A stretch of 64,000 nt of DNA from an uncultured Gammaproteobacteria bacterium (GTDB lineage Bacteria > Patescibacteriota > Patescibacteriia > Magasanikbacterales > UBA922): positions 219,481 to 283,480 of the forward strand of contig CAYFPM010000002.1 of the NCBI GenBank assembly GCA_964345045.1, read 5' to 3'. A model generated the notes under the pieces. It saw only the letters and a list, made by a program, of their open reading frames with translations, had not been told where the DNA came from and ran no database searches. Positions within the stretch are counted from its first letter, which is position 1; each line of letters starts with the position of its first letter. Shown piece by piece: positions 1 to 8,653 of the stretch. Both the position numbers and the translations under genes were made by a program.

Positions 1-945
1 TTCTGGGAAATTCTGGAAATTCGTCCAAAAACAAGACTCCACGATGCGACAAAGAAATTTCTCCAGGTCTAGGATATTTGCCACCACCAACTAGAGCTAC
101 ACCACTGGCACTATGATGTGGTGAACGAAATGGTCTTTCTACAACTAGTGGTTTGCCATCGGGGAGCATGCCGGCAACCGAGTAAATTTTGGTTACTTCT
201 ATAGCTTCGTTGGCTGTCATTTTTGGCAAGATGCTGGGCAAGGTTCTGGCTAGCAAAGTTTTGCCAGAGCCGGGTGGGCCACTAAGTAAGATATTGTGAG
301 CGCCGCTGGCAGCAATCTCTAGGGCTCTTTTTACAAATCCTTGGCCTTTTATATAAGCCATGTCCATGGTATTTGGATTGGCTTCGAACCATTCGTCTAC
401 TTGTTGATTTGGTGTTTTTTCAATTTCTTTTTCACCACGAATATGACTAACCAAGTCTTTGAAAGTTTCTACCGCATAAATTTCTACTCCTTCTATCAAA
501 CTAGCTTCACCAGCATTTACACTTGGCAAGAATAATTTTTTGTAACCGTTTTTTTGGGCAAAAATTGCAATTGGTAAAATTCCATTGGTGTGCCGTAGAC
601 TTCCGTCTAGTGCTAGCTCCCCAACAAAAATAGCATCGCTAAAATTTTCTATATTTAATTTTTCGGCAGCAGCATACATCCCTACAGCCATGGGAAGGTC
701 GTATGCAGCTCCTTCTTTTCTTACATCGGCCGGAGCCAAATTTATAACCACACGAGAGTTACTAGGGAATTTTAATCCAGTGTTTTTCCAAGCCGTTCTT
801 ATTCGTTCTTTTGCTTCTTGGATAGCAGTGTCTGGTAGACCTACAATCTGGTAGCCTGGCCAACTGCCAGCAATATCTACTTCTACAGTTATAGGTGTGC
901 ATTCTAGTCCTAGAACTGCAGCCGAATTTACTTTGCAAAACATAT
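1..945 (-). CDS. comM: YifB/ComM family Mg-chelatase-like AAA+ ATPase, N-terminal portion (gene continues beyond window start)
   Basis: Minus-strand translation starts MFCKVNSAAVLGLECTPITVEVDIAGSWPGYQIVGLPDTAIQEAKERIR (ComM N-terminal Lon-like domain) and contains the Walker A motif HNILLSGPPGSGKTLLARTLPSILP near nt 241-300. AAGGAGG lies upstream of the ATG at 945. No stop codon before position 1. Confidence 0.85.
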
Positions 946-978
946 CCTCCTTAATTTAGTTGATTAGTGATTGGTTGA

Positions 979-1440
979 TTAGTTTGTTTTTTTCTTTACT
1001 ATGTAAGATTTTTTATCTCTTAGCAAAAATGCTATTGCCCCTACTACAATAGAAACATCCGAGATATTGAAAACAGAGTTATAAACTCTTATATAGTCTA
1101 TGGTAATACCAAACAGGACTCTGTCTATATAATTGGATATTGCCCCAGACAAAATTAGTATTAGAGCAAAAGGTAGTTGTTTATCCTTTTCGTACATCTT
1201 ACCTAGAAGTATAAAAATTGCAAGTAAGATAAAAGGGGTAATAAAGATTAAAAGAAGATTGGGGATAGGCAAACCAAAAGCAATGCCATGATTACCCAGG
1301 TACTCCCAGCCTAGCCACGGTTCTATTAAGTATTTTTTAAAGCTTTGGTTGGCAAAGGCAAATAGTTTTAGTCCTTGATCAATTAACAAAATAAAAAAAC
1401 CGCACATTAGCAACCAAAGTGTGCGGTTTTTGGAGATCAT
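979..1440 (-). CDS. lspA: lipoprotein signal peptidase II
   Basis: 153 aa, four predicted TM segments, and the conserved LspA motifs GNxxDR (SNYIDR) and FNISDVSI (FNxAD). Confidence 0.8.
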   Translation of the reverse strand: MISKNRTLWLLMCGFFILLIDQGLKLFAFANQSFKKYLIEPWLGWEYLGNHGIAFGLPIPNLLLIFITPFILLAIFILLGKMYEKDKQLPFALILILSGAISNYIDRVLFGITIDYIRVYNSVFNISDVSIVVGAIAFLLRDKKSYIVKKKTN

Positions 1441-1446
1441 AAATAT

Positions 1447-1845
1447 TTAGGACTCGTTGGTTAGAGTTTTTTTGCAGCTAACACAAGCTCCGGAAGTTGG
1501 TCTGGCGCGTAGTCTTTCTTCGCCAATTGGTTCGTCGCAATATTTGCAAATACCATAACTGCCATTGCCCAATCTATCCAAAGCTTTGTTTACATCGCGC
1601 AAGCTTTTTTCCAAGGTAATTTCTAGTGGTTTGTTGGCAGTGTATTGGGCTACTTCTCTGGCATTGTCATCGTCTTCGTCACCATATTCTGGAAAAGAAG
1701 CATTAAAATCTCCCTCTACATTGGGGTTTGGTTTGGTAAATTTGGCTAGCTCTTTTTCTAGGCTTTTCTTATCTTCTTCCAATTTGCTTTTTATTTCGTC
1801 TAGAAAGGCTTTTGGGTAGGGGCTATTCTTGGCCATATTTTTCAA
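1447..1845 (-). CDS. DksA/TraR family C4-type zinc-finger protein
   Basis: 132 aa with a coiled-coil N-terminal half and C-terminal CKYCDEPIGEERLRARPTSGACVSCKK (CxxC-N17-CxxC) typical of the DksA/TraR family. Confidence 0.75.
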   Translation of the reverse strand: MKNMAKNSPYPKAFLDEIKSKLEEDKKSLEKELAKFTKPNPNVEGDFNASFPEYGDEDDDNAREVAQYTANKPLEITLEKSLRDVNKALDRLGNGSYGICKYCDEPIGEERLRARPTSGACVSCKKTLTNES

Positions 1846-1980
1846 ATACTTTCGGTAACTAAGCTGTTACCTAATTTCCATCCCGACTAGGGCTTGTACT
1901 ATTGAAGTATAGTTGAATAATTATAATAAAAAAAGCCCTGTTTGGCAAGCTTTGGGTTTTTGTTTTTTAAATTAAAAAAA

Positions 1981-2180
1981 GGCCGATCTGTAGCCCTAGG
2001 TAATAGTGTGGCTGATCGGCCAAACAGTCCTAGGATCACAATGGATGAATTGCTTCATACAGAGTAGGCGTCCTTAGGACGTTTTCTAACCCCTCTACCA
2101 GTCAGAGGTATGAGTCTCCTGGTGCGCAAGGCAGAGCACTTGGCACATAAGTCGGAGAGTACCATAACTAGGCTCGTCTC
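1981..2180. ncRNA. candidate structured non-coding RNA of unknown class in a long intergenic region
   Basis: This locally GC-richer stretch has nested inverted repeats (ggccgatc...gatcggcc and gtcctagga...tccttaggac) with an A-run and T-run flanking the outer stem. No ORF, and no match to rRNA or tRNA signatures. Confidence 0.2.
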
Positions 2181-2495
2181 TTATTTTTTTTGCTTTTGTT
2201 TTTGTTTTCCATGCTTTGGCTTTCGGCAAATGTTTTTTTAGAAGATATTTTTGACGCCGATAAGCCACAAGGATGAGCCTGGTATAAGAGACTAGTAAAG
2301 GAGAATGATGTTCCTCACGATGTGAATCATGGGGAACAGATTTTTATCAAGGAACTAATATAAGTATAACATATTTGTTCAGTTTTGTCAATAGGGCTAG
2401 TTCTTGGCTAAAACTAGCTAAAAAAGTGGATTTTTTGGCAAAAAATTTGATTATAATAGTCTATACTTTTGTAAAATTTTGGGGAAAAGTGGAAA

Positions 2496-2698
2496 AGTTA
2501 TCCCCAAACAACCTTAGTTTTACACAGCTTTATCCACAGTTGTGCAGGATATTGTATACAAATGGGGATAAAAACTGGGGATTTCTTCGTGGAAAAGGTT
2601 GTTGATGGAGGGGATTTTGCTAGTTTTAAAAAGTCTTAGAAAAGAAAAATATAGAGTTATTCACAAAAATCTACAGTTTTACACAGTTCTGTCCACAT
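2496..2698. promoter_or_regulatory. cluster of DnaA-box-like 9-mers (candidate oriC or DnaA-regulated region)
   Basis: One perfect TTATCCACA (2530-2538) and four near-consensus boxes: TTATCCCCA (2496-2504), TGGGGATAA (2562-2570), TTATTCACA (2657-2665) and TGTCCACAT (2690-2698). They sit within two ~50-bp imperfect direct repeats that each end in TGTATACAAA, inside a 970-bp non-coding AT-rich region. Confidence 0.4.
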
Positions 2699-2818
2699 AT
2701 GTATAGGATTGTGTATACAAAAAGGAGGTTTTTTTGGAGAAATTGGCTAGTTTTGCTTATTTGGCTAGGTTCTGCTAGTCTTTCTATAAGAGGGAATTTC
2801 CTCCAAGGAGAATATGAG

Positions 2819-3346
2819 ATGAACGATTCGGAACGTGTTTGTAAGGCCCTTTCTAATACCTTAGATAGGAATCTAGGGGGGATGCTTGCTCCATACCACC
2901 CTATCAATCACAACGGTGATTGCTTTACGGAAGAGATGACAAGAGATCGTCTCATGTCTCTAGACTGGACAGCTTGCCCGGATCATCCGGACTCCCTAGA
3001 GTATAGCCTGATTTTTCAGGCAAAGGCGGGAGGCCTCGTCTCGGTAGAGAGAGCCGCCAAGTTGCCGAGAGAAACAGAGCTAGAGGTTGTCTACCAAAAT
3101 GATCATCCGCTCAGCGGTGGGTATATGCTGCGCATCGTCGGTGCCGGCGACGGTGTGGTGGTTGACTGTGTGACGCTGGTCTTGATCTGCCTCGATCCTA
3201 GGAGGGAAAGGGTAGAGAAAATTGCTCCGGGAGATTTGAGTACTCCTACATGTATCGACATGACTCGTGTACAGGTGAGTCGTGGAGATATGATTTTGCC
3301 GCAAAAAGCCTTGGAGCTTGGCTTCGAGGTGGTGAGCGTTCGCTAA
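2819..3346 (+). CDS. hypothetical protein (GC-rich islet A, ORF 1)
   Basis: 176 aa from the ATG at 2819, preceded by AAGGAG with 8-nt spacing. About 52% GC against a ~33% flanking background. No recognisable motifs. Confidence 0.5.
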   Translation: MNDSERVCKALSNTLDRNLGGMLAPYHPINHNGDCFTEEMTRDRLMSLDWTACPDHPDSLEYSLIFQAKAGGLVSVERAAKLPRETELEVVYQNDHPLSGGYMLRIVGAGDGVVVDCVTLVLICLDPRRERVEKIAPGDLSTPTCIDMTRVQVSRGDMILPQKALELGFEVVSVR

Positions 3347-3440
3347 CACCTTACTCATTTGCTCTTTTGGAAACTTGACTAAGCCTCAGGCTTCCACACA
3401 ATCCACTATCTTTTTTAAATCTTAGAAAAGATATAGAAAC

Positions 3441-3466
3441 AAAAAACACCGTGCTGGTGTTTTTTG
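3441..3466 (+). terminator. rho-independent terminator
   Basis: A-tract, then hairpin acacc-gtgct-ggtgt, then TTTTTTGTTTT. Confidence 0.55.
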
Positions 3467-3538
3467 TTTTGTTGGTGTTTTTTCTCAATATTGGTAGAAT
3501 TGGTTTCTAAAGTTCTTTTTGGGAGTTAGGAGTACTGC

Positions 3539-3907
3539 ATGAGATATTTTGAATATTTTTCTTTTCAGGATCTTTCGGGGAGGTTGGATCCTAGAGGTCT
3601 CGAAATATTTTTGAGTGTTGGATCCGAAGACGCGGCTGTCTTGGGGCGTTGGTTTCCGGCTGGTTCCAAGACTCTTGGTTTTACTTGGTGTAGAGAAGAG
3701 GGGCGCTTCTACATCAGCGGTCGAAAGATCTCTGTTTTCCCGGCTGTAGAGTTGTCGGGATTAAGCCTTTTTCTTTCTGCTGGCACGGCCAGTTTGGCTG
3801 TTGGAGCAGATTTGCAATTGGCTCAGCTTTTGAGAAAGGCGACCAAGATGGTCGAAACCGGAGAACCTCATGTTCATATCATTTTTCTGCAGTCTGATCC
3901 GACCTAA
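3539..3907 (+). CDS. hypothetical protein (GC-rich islet A, ORF 2)
   Basis: 122 aa with TAGGAG 6 nt upstream of the ATG. About 50% GC. No recognisable motifs. Confidence 0.45.
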   Translation: MRYFEYFSFQDLSGRLDPRGLEIFLSVGSEDAAVLGRWFPAGSKTLGFTWCREEGRFYISGRKISVFPAVELSGLSLFLSAGTASLAVGADLQLAQLLRKATKMVETGEPHVHIIFLQSDPT

Positions 3908-3933
3908 GCTTTGTATTTTTGAGTGACGAAACT

Positions 3934-4019
3934 TTTAAGGATCACTATTTTTTTGCTGCGGAATAAGGCTCGTTTCACTCTCGCAAACGTCCTCGCTGCA
4001 AAAATATTGATCCTTAAAT
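3934..4019. repeat. long imperfect inverted repeat (about 27-bp arms, 30-nt loop)
   Basis: The arm ttaaggatcactatttttttgctgcgg pairs with cctcgctgcaaaaatattgatccttaaat, about 24 of 27 positions matching. Confidence 0.5.
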
Positions 4020-4065
4020 AAAGTTTGTGATTTAAGATTGGTGGCTAGGTCGGACAACAACTCAT

Positions 4066-4093
4066 TTGACAAAATCAGCAAAAGGTATATACT
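4066..4093 (+). promoter_or_regulatory. sigma70-type promoter of the toxin-antitoxin operon
   Basis: TTGACA (4066-4071), 16-nt spacer, TATACT (4088-4093). Confidence 0.55.
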
Positions 4094-4103
4094 GTGTATA
4101 TAC
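4085..4103. promoter_or_regulatory. palindromic operator overlapping the -10 element (likely antitoxin autoregulation site)
   Basis: gtatatac-tgt-gtatatac: two copies of a self-complementary 8-mer. Confidence 0.4.
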
Positions 4104-4123
4104 AAAGTATTAACAAAGTATAT

Positions 4124-4417
4124 ATGAAAACTTCACTTTTAACAGTTAAAATTGATCCCAAACTAAAAGAAGATGCCAAGCAAGTAGCCAGTGATTTGGG
4201 GCTTAGCTTAAGCGCTCTAGTAATCGGCAAACTCCAAGAAGCGGTTCGTTCCAAAACAGTTCAGTTTAGTGCTGGCGAAGAACCTAGTGAAAGGTTGATT
4301 GAATCTATTCGTCAGGCCGAAGAAGATAGGAAAAATGGTGATTATTACTCTTTTGATGATCCAAAAGAGGCTTTGGCTTTTCTTGATAAAGTGAGGGAAG
4401 GGAAAATAGAGGTATGA
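4124..4417 (+). CDS. type II antitoxin, ribbon-helix-helix DinJ/RelB-like
   Basis: N-terminal MKTSLLTVKIDPKLKEDAKQVASDLGLSLSALVIGKLQEAV is an RHH fold. The stop overlaps the toxin start as ATGA. The listed ORF begins at 4094 but the ATG at 4124 fits the promoter. Confidence 0.65.
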   Translation: MKTSLLTVKIDPKLKEDAKQVASDLGLSLSALVIGKLQEAVRSKTVQFSAGEEPSERLIESIRQAEEDRKNGDYYSFDDPKEALAFLDKVREGKIEV

Positions 4418-4683
4418 GAATAGATTATTCCAAAGTTTTTATTAAACATTTACAAAAAGCTCCTATAAAGATTCAAAAGAAATTTAGGGAAAGGCTAGAT
4501 TTATTTTCTGAGAATAAGTTAGATCCAATTTTACGCAATCATTTGCTAAAAGGTAAATGGAAAGGTTACCGATCAATAAATATAAACGGAGATTGGCGAG
4601 CTATTTATCATGATATGGGAGACGGAACGATTGAGTGGGTAGAATTTGTAGAAATTGGTACACACAGTGATTTATATAAATAA
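4414..4683 (+). CDS. yafQ: type II toxin, YafQ/RelE family mRNA interferase
   Basis: 89 aa. HLLKGKWKGYRSININGDWRAIY...VEIGTHSDLYK matches the YafQ pattern H.L.G.WKGYR..H..PDW.LIY....RTGTH..LF. Confidence 0.7.
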   Translation: MRIDYSKVFIKHLQKAPIKIQKKFRERLDLFSENKLDPILRNHLLKGKWKGYRSININGDWRAIYHDMGDGTIEWVEFVEIGTHSDLYK

Positions 4684-4713
4684 AACATCTTATTGCAAAG
4701 TAAGATGTTTTTT
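4683..4713 (+). terminator. rho-independent terminator after the TA operon
   Basis: Hairpin aaacatctta-ttgcaaag-taagatgttt followed by a T-run. Confidence 0.6.
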
Positions 4714-4741
4714 GACAAATTTTTTATATCTTGATAATGTC
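4713..4741 (+). promoter_or_regulatory. promoter for the LTD surface protein gene
   Basis: TTGACA, 17-nt spacer, TAATGT; a strong RBS (TAAGGAGGG) follows before the ATG at 4770. Confidence 0.45.
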
Positions 4742-4769
4742 TCCTTGCTAATTTTTTAATAAGGAGGGT

Positions 4770-7700
4770 ATGAAAAGATTTTCTTTTTTGATTTTGCCGA
4801 CTCTTTTTTTGGGTGGCATTTTTTTATTTGCCAAAACTGTGTGGGGATCTGGTGGAAGTATTGTGATTAGTGAGGTGGGGGCTTATGAACCAAATGGTTA
4901 TGAGTGGCTAGAAATTTATAATTATAGTGATTCTGATATAGATTTTAATAATTGGGTATTTTGGGAGAATAATACAAATCACAAAATAAATTTTAAAGAC
5001 GGTGTTTCATCTATTTTGTCGGCTGGCGAGTATGCCATTGTTGCCGAAGACGATACCAAGTTTAAAGAAAAATACCCAGACGTAAATGTAAAAATATTTG
5101 ATAGTTCGTGGGGAACATTAAAAGAGAGTGGAGAAGAAATTGGACTAAAAGATGAAACTGGTAATTTTGTAGAACAGTTTACATATATAAAAGCTTCTAA
5201 CTTTTCTTTGGAAAGAAAAAATTTGGATACGCTAGACTATACTGCTACCAATTGGCAAGAACACCCAGACAGCCACACGGCCGGCCAGGCAAATTATTGG
5301 CAAACTAACTCGGGAACACCAGAGCAGACCGAAAATCAAAATTACGATTTGCGAATTAACGAATTTGTACCTAATCCCAACTCTGGAGAAAAAGAATGGA
5401 TAGAAATTTATAATTTGGGTTTGGAGATAGATCTAAACAATTGGACTCTGAACGATGGAGTTGGAACAATTTATACTTTTTCTGAAATACTTGCTGCCGA
5501 TCAAATTTTGGTAGTAGAGCTAAGTGGTAGCAAATTAAATAATGGGGGAGATATTGTGTCTTTGCTAAACTCGAATGGAGAAATTGTGGATTCTGTCACC
5601 TACGGCTCTTGGGACGACGGAGACACTAGTGACAATGCCCCGATTCCGGGAAAAGGAGAAAGTTTGGTTTGGTCAAATGGCATTTATATAATTAGTAGTA
5701 ATCCTAGTAAAGGAAGCCTAGATTCAGAAAATTATGGATCGGAAAATGAAAATGGTGAATCACAAGATGAGGGAGAGTCTGTCGACTCTACAAACGAAGA
5801 TTCTACCAGTGTAGGATCCGACTCTAGTGAAATTTTTGGTTTTGCAAAAAGTGATTTGGTGATAAACGAATTGGTGTCTGATCCGGACGATAGCGGAGTA
5901 GAGTTTGTAGAAATTTATAATAATTTGGACAAAGATGTAGATCTGGATGGTTGGTATATAGAAGAAGGTAGTGAGAGCAAAACTTTTTTGGAAGGCTCTA
6001 TTTTGGCCAAAGGGTTTTTTGTTTTGGAAAAACCAAAAGGTAATTTGAACAATAGCGGAGATATTTTGTTTTTGTATAGTGAAAACGAAACATTGATAGA
6101 TTCTGTCACTTACGGCAGTTGGGACGATGGTAATCTGGCCGACAATGCCCTAGCCGCAGACGACCCAAAAAGCTTGGCTAGGAAATTTGATGGAGCCGAT
6201 GCAGATAATGATTTTTTTGATTTTTTTCCTACCACCGAAATTACCAAAGGTTTTCCAAATGTAATTGTTTTGGAAAGAGATTCACATATAAACGATGCGC
6301 AAACTTTGGACAATATTGATACAGAGATTAAAAAAATTGTTATAAACGAAGTTTTTCCCAATCCGGCTGGAGCAGATTCGGAAGAAGAATTTATAGAATT
6401 AGTAAATTTGGAAAATTCGGTAGTGGATTTGTCTGGTTGGAAATTGGGAGACAAAAGTAGCAAAAGATTTACTTTTGTCAACACACAGATTGCTGCTGGT
6501 GAACTTTTTGTTTTGAAAAGAGCCGAGACTGGCTTGGCACTAAACAACAGTGGGGGTGACCAAGTAAAGTTGTTTGATCAATATGGCTCTTTGGTTAGTA
6601 GTGTTTCTTATAAAAAATATGCAGAAGAAAATTATAGTTATTCTCTAAAAAATGGTGAATGGGAGTGGACAGAGGTACCTACTCCTCAAGAAGAAAATAT
6701 TATTGTAACCAATAACCAAGCCCCGATTGCCAATATCTATACCGAAACCGAAGTTTTGTCTGGAGAAAAAATTATTTTTGATGCTTCTGATTCTTATGAT
6801 CCCGAAGGAGATGAATTGGATTTTTTTTGGGAGTTTGGAGATGAAAAAAAAGGAGAAGGCGTGGTTGTTTCTCATTTTTATAATAAAGAGGGGATTTACA
6901 CCGTAGAATTATTGGTAGTAGATAGCGAAGGTAATGAAAACAAAAAGAAAGTTTTGGTAAATGTCTTGGGCGAAGGGAGTGGTAGTTTGGATTTGGCTCA
7001 AGGAGATTTTTTACAAGACATCCAAATTACAGAAATTTTTCCCAACCCCGAAGGTTCGGATAGTACAGAATTTGTAGAAATTTATAATGCCGGGAACACC
7101 GAAATAAATTTGTCGGCTCTAAAAATAGATGACGAAGCTGGTGGTTCGGATCCTTATTTGCTTGGAAATAAAGTTATTTCGCCTGGAGAATATTTGATTT
7201 TTGGCAAGCGTGAAACTGGCTTGGCTTTTAACAACACCACCGATGGAGCTAGATTGCTTGATCTTAATAATTTGGTTTTGGCAGAAGTTTATTATGAAGA
7301 TGTAATTACCGGAGCTAGTTTTGCTAGAGATGACAATGGAGTTTGGGGTTGGACCAGCGAACCAACTCCCGGAGCAAAGAATATTCTTGTTGACGCAACC
7401 ATTCTTAAAACAATTAACTCTGGTTCTGGCAAAAAATCCAGCCAGCCGATTGTAGATATTTCGTTAGGACAAATTAGAGATTTTGATGCTGGTGACAAAG
7501 TTCATACTGTTGGCACTGTTGTAGTCGAACCGGGAATTTTTGGTTCGCAATATTTTTATATAGTAGACGAAGTTTTTGGTGTGCAGGTGTATATGCACAG
7601 CAAAGATTTTCCAAATTTGAAAATTGGAGATTTGGTAAGTGTGTCTGGAGAGATAAGCCAAGCTTATGGAGAAACTAGGCTAAAAGTAAAAACGAAAGAT

Positions 7701-8210
7701 AATATCCAAAAAATAGATAGTATTGAAATTCCAAAAAGTAAACAAATAGATATTTACGAAATAGGTGAAACTTTGGAAGGTTCATTTGTATTTGTAAGTG
7801 GAGAAGTGACCGAATTAAAAACTTCTTATATGTATGTAGACGATGGTACCGAAGAAGTAAAAGTTTATTTTAAAAAAGGAACTGGGATTAGCAAAAAAGA
7901 TTATGCTGTAGGAGAAATTGTAAAGGTAACAGGTTTGGTGGGGGAGTCTAGAAGTGGTTATCAACTTTTACCTAGGTCAAAGGATGATATAGAAAAAATA
8001 GGCTTTGCAGAAGATGTGGCTGTTACAAAAGAGGTGGCAGGCGGCAATGGAGAAAGCGAAGTGGCAGAAAAATATCTTACTGCCACGGCTGGTGGACTTA
8101 CTTCTATTCTTATTGGTTTGTTTGCTAGGGCACGGGGGCTGGCTACGCTTGGCGCAGCCAAGAGATTTGGAGGTATGGCAGTGGGGTTGTTTTTTAGGAG
8201 GAGGGGGTAG
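4770..8210 (+). CDS. large secreted/surface protein with multiple lamin-tail-domain (LTD) repeats and a PKD domain
   Basis: 1146 aa. N-terminal signal/TM segment. At least five LTD-type repeats (INEFVPNPNSGEKEWIEIYNLG...NNWTLND, INELVSDPDDSGVEFVEIYNN...LDGWYIEE, INEVFPNPAGADSEEEFIELVNL...LSGWKLGD, ITEIFPNPEGSDSTEFVEIYNAG...). PKD-like FDASDSYDPEGDELDFFWEFGD. C-terminal hydrophobic stretch plus an Arg-rich tail. Confidence 0.85.
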   Translation: MKRFSFLILPTLFLGGIFLFAKTVWGSGGSIVISEVGAYEPNGYEWLEIYNYSDSDIDFNNWVFWENNTNHKINFKDGVSSILSAGEYAIVAEDDTKFKEKYPDVNVKIFDSSWGTLKESGEEIGLKDETGNFVEQFTYIKASNFSLERKNLDTLDYTATNWQEHPDSHTAGQANYWQTNSGTPEQTENQNYDLRINEFVPNPNSGEKEWIEIYNLGLEIDLNNWTLNDGVGTIYTFSEILAADQILVVELSGSKLNNGGDIVSLLNSNGEIVDSVTYGSWDDGDTSDNAPIPGKGESLVWSNGIYIISSNPSKGSLDSENYGSENENGESQDEGESVDSTNEDSTSVGSDSSEIFGFAKSDLVINELVSDPDDSGVEFVEIYNNLDKDVDLDGWYIEEGSESKTFLEGSILAKGFFVLEKPKGNLNNSGDILFLYSENETLIDSVTYGSWDDGNLADNALAADDPKSLARKFDGADADNDFFDFFPTTEITKGFPNVIVLERDSHINDAQTLDNIDTEIKKIVINEVFPNPAGADSEEEFIELVNLENSVVDLSGWKLGDKSSKRFTFVNTQIAAGELFVLKRAETGLALNNSGGDQVKLFDQYGSLVSSVSYKKYAEENYSYSLKNGEWEWTEVPTPQEENIIVTNNQAPIANIYTETEVLSGEKIIFDASDSYDPEGDELDFFWEFGDEKKGEGVVVSHFYNKEGIYTVELLVVDSEGNENKKKVLVNVLGEGSGSLDLAQGDFLQDIQITEIFPNPEGSDSTEFVEIYNAGNTEINLSALKIDDEAGGSDPYLLGNKVISPGEYLIFGKRETGLAFNNTTDGARLLDLNNLVLAEVYYEDVITGASFARDDNGVWGWTSEPTPGAKNILVDATILKTINSGSGKKSSQPIVDISLGQIRDFDAGDKVHTVGTVVVEPGIFGSQYFYIVDEVFGVQVYMHSKDFPNLKIGDLVSVSGEISQAYGETRLKVKTKDNIQKIDSIEIPKSKQIDIYEIGETLEGSFVFVSGEVTELKTSYMYVDDGTEEVKVYFKKGTGISKKDYAVGEIVKVTGLVGESRSGYQLLPRSKDDIEKIGFAEDVAVTKEVAGGNGESEVAEKYLTATAGGLTSILIGLFARARGLATLGAAKRFGGMAVGLFFRRRG

Positions 8211-8305
8211 CTTTTGTAAAAGTAGAACCTTTATAAATAGCAAGGCCGCTCGGTGGTATTCCGAACGGCCGTGCCAGGCAGCTTGTAGAAGGTTGGTTGT
8301 GGAGC

Positions 8306-8653
8306 CTAGAGCCCCTTGACCTTCTTGGGGTCGAGGTGGCTCCCGTCGGGCGGGAAGATGACGACGAGCTCTCCCACGATGGACGAGATGAAGCAGAGTC
8401 GCCTCTCTCCGATGTCGGACGGAGCGAAGATCGTCAGGTTCATCTGGTAGTCCGTTTTCTTGTCCTTGGACCACTCTCCGGGCGAGAGGCGCCCGCCGTC
8501 GCTCTTGGCGAGCCATTCGAACTCCACCTTGATCGTTCGATCTTCGATCCCGATCTTCTTGATCAGACCTCGGAAGAGGTAGTCTTCTTCCTCGTTCTGG
8601 ATTTCCATGTCCCCGCCTACGTATTGGGCAAGGATCTCGTTGGTCAGCTGCAT
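8306..8653 (-). CDS. hypothetical protein (GC-rich islet B)
   Basis: 115 aa. GAAGGA RBS 5 nt upstream of the ATG. About 60% GC. Balanced K/E-rich composition, unlike the Arg-rich alternate frames. Confidence 0.5.
   Translation of the reverse strand: MQLTNEILAQYVGGDMEIQNEEEDYLFRGLIKKIGIEDRTIKVEFEWLAKSDGGRLSPGEWSKDKKTDYQMNLTIFAPSDIGERRLCFISSIVGELVVIFPPDGSHLDPKKVKGL

Noticed and set aside
341-854. Plus-strand ORFs 341-535 and 585-854
   Set aside because: They are antisense to the well-supported comM gene (Walker A and N-terminal domain read cleanly on the minus strand), and their composition is low-complexity.
1981-2180. tmRNA, RNase P RNA or SRP RNA identity for the structured intergenic block
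   Set aside because: No tRNA-like 3' end with a T-arm plus CCA, no P4 (AGGAAAGTCCGG) region, and no GGAAGCAGC domain-IV motif. Left as an unclassified candidate.
2375-2605. 76-aa ORF overlapping the DnaA-box repeats
   Set aside because: No RBS, and it spans repeated regulatory-looking motifs (TTATCCACA and others). Treated as non-coding.
6110-6547. Antisense ORFs inside the LTD gene (also 5915-6109, 6645-6875)
   Set aside because: They are embedded antisense in a gene with clear repeated LTD motifs, and their composition is Ser/Lys-rich low-complexity.
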